Assembly (NCBI RefSeq): GCF_000143415.4
Contig: NW_003314394.1
Coordinates: 364,484 to 385,285 of the forward strand
Reading direction: 5' to 3'
Source of the DNA: Selaginella moellendorffii
Taxonomy: Eukaryota; Plantae; Lycopodiophyta
Length of the DNA stretch: 20,802 nt
This document shows, in pieces, positions 19,401 through 20,802 of the stretch; position 1 is the first letter of the stretch, and each line of letters starts with the position of its first letter. Below the pieces are notes generated by a model that was not told the origin of the DNA, did no database searches, and saw nothing but the letters and a program-made list of their open reading frames with translations. Made by a program: the position numbers and the translations under genes.

Positions 19401-20565
19401 GAACATCACTCATAAACTTTCTGGCTACTTGCCCACCTTTCGCAAACTAGAAGTGCATAGGCGACATTTGCTCAGCATTCAATCTTAACAACTTAACTAA
19501 GTCTTCAGATATCATGTTGTGTGTAGCTCCCATGTCAATCATCACTCGGATTCGGTGTCCATGAACAAAGCCTACTAGATACATCAACGGATCAGTATTT
19601 GCATTGAGTACATGAAAAGCTTGAGGAAAGCAACAAAAGTTACTCACCTCTTCTTCCTCATAGTCTGCATTGACCAACTTGTCAACCCCTTCAGCTTTAC
19701 CACCACTGTCTTCCCTCATGACATTAACCCGAGACCTTGTCTTATGCTTGTTAAGACATTCCAAAGACCTATGTCCCAACTCTCCACAATGGAAGCAATG
19801 ACCCACACTACCTATTCCGCTAGGAGCAAGTTTTGCAGATTGCTGCTACTTGCACCCACCAGGAGGAAGAACAGAGGGCCTAGGACCAGAAGAAGCTGCT
19901 GGTGGTCTCCAACCACCACCACCTTTGTTAACCGTTGCTTGTGAGCCTCCAGAGCGGAACCTGCCTTCCACACTCTATTTCCGATCACCTTGTTTATTCC
20001 TAGAATTTTTATTCTTATCTGAGTTACCAACATATGATTGCTAATATTGTTCCATGAGCGAGTGACTAAAGGCAACTTGCTGCGCTGCCTCCTTACACTC
20101 CAAGTACGTCTTTGGCTTAAACTTCAAAATCTCATTACAAGAAAGTGAACTTAAACCCTCCAGTTAATAACTCCGAGCATCTTCGTCACTCATATTTGCA
20201 ATCATAATGCACTTCTGAGCAAACGCATTAACGTAATGCATGAGATCCCCTCGTGCAACCAGGGGCAACTGTAGAACTTCATCGTCCTTAGAACTCGAAG
20301 AGGAGTCCGGTTGCTTAGGCTTAGCTGGTTTAGCTGCCTCAGCTTCTTTCTTCCTCTTCTTGTTCTCCTTCTTCAATTTGCGGACCTCCCTTTGCAAATT
20401 CTCAATCTCGACTTCCTGAGCCGTATGTTGTAACGCCGCAGCATCTGGCTCTTCCTCTTCCGACTTAGCCTCAGCCTCTTCCACAGCATCTCTAGCAGGA
20501 GTTTCCTCCTCTCGATTCACCCATCTAGAGGTTTCAGCATCATCAGCACAGTTCCTCTTCACCAT
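16474..20565 (-). pseudogene. gag-pol pseudogene of the chromovirus
   Basis: CCHC knuckle CFHCGELGHRSLEC; protease IDMGATHNMIS; RT VLYIDDVLVFS; RNase H FEVHCDAF..AIGAVL, EKEMFAIV and DNIVPDAFSR; integrase YHDVPAAGHGG, ISDRDSRF and YHPQTDGQTE; chromodomain YEVKVIL...EYLVKWKGYPTCELTWEP. Multiple stops, frameshifts and deletions. Confidence 0.93.
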
Positions 20566-20741
20566 CCTGCTAGCTGCATGCATGCCTCTATTAGTAACTG
20601 AACATGCATACAATGTTCTTACCGAATGGTGCTATCCAACTAATCCTACATAGGTCGCTTCGGATCTACTAGAAAAGTCTCTGCGTATGCAACTTGAGTT
20701 AGAAAATCCGACAAAAGTTGGATAGGAATCGCTGAGACAAT

Positions 20742-20753
20742 CCTTTGATACCA
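20742..20753 (-). promoter_or_regulatory. Primer-binding site (tRNA-Met-like)
   Basis: Minus-strand TGGTATCAAAGG lies 2 nt from the LTR end (...GCTACA). Confidence 0.85.
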
Positions 20754-20755
20754 AA

Positions 20756-20802
20756 TGTAGCGCACTTGAATTTGGAGTCGAACTCCAAGCCCGTTGTGCT
20801 AC
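20756..20802 (-). repeat. Inner end of the 5' LTR (partial)
   Basis: tgtagcgcacttgaatttggag... aligns without gaps to 14924-14970. Confidence 0.88.

Larger units (their letters stand above)
14924..20802 (-). mobile_element. Ty3/Gypsy chromovirus (probably Tcn1-like) LTR retrotransposon, degenerate; 5' LTR runs off the window
   Basis: The 3' LTR spans 14924-15863 and the visible 5' LTR part spans 20756-20802 (38/47 identical to 14924-14970). PBS and PPT are present, and the domain order is gag-PR-RT-RH-INT-chromodomain. Confidence 0.92.

Overview
Eukaryotic, repeat-rich DNA, probably from a non-seed land plant (inferred from spliceosomal introns, tRNA-Met-primed LTR elements and heavy C-to-T decay). 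The centre is a complete 10,597-bp DNA transposon (1456-12052) with perfect 24-bp TIRs and a 4-bp AGAG target-site duplication, inserted just downstream of a decayed Ty3/Gypsy integrase. It carries two divergent genes. One is an intact, ~1029-aa Sola-like/DUF7869-type DDD transposase (+). The other is an 11-exon gene of ~1640 codons (-), now damaged, that joins a ParB/Srx-like domain, a degenerate beta-class DNA-methyltransferase-like region and an FCP1/NIF-type HAD phosphatase domain. About 19 copies of a fixed-length 22-bp palindrome (ATGGCRTG-N6-CAYGCCAT) lie between the TIRs, in introns, UTRs and low-complexity coding linkers, and I saw none outside. This suggests an element-encoded protein with its own cognate sites (parS-like or VANC-like self-recognition; hypothesis). 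The flanks hold a TRIM (1-313), scrambled RT/RNase H fragments and an old chromodomain-bearing Gypsy element (14924 to window end, - strand). All domain calls are by-eye motif recognition, not database searches.
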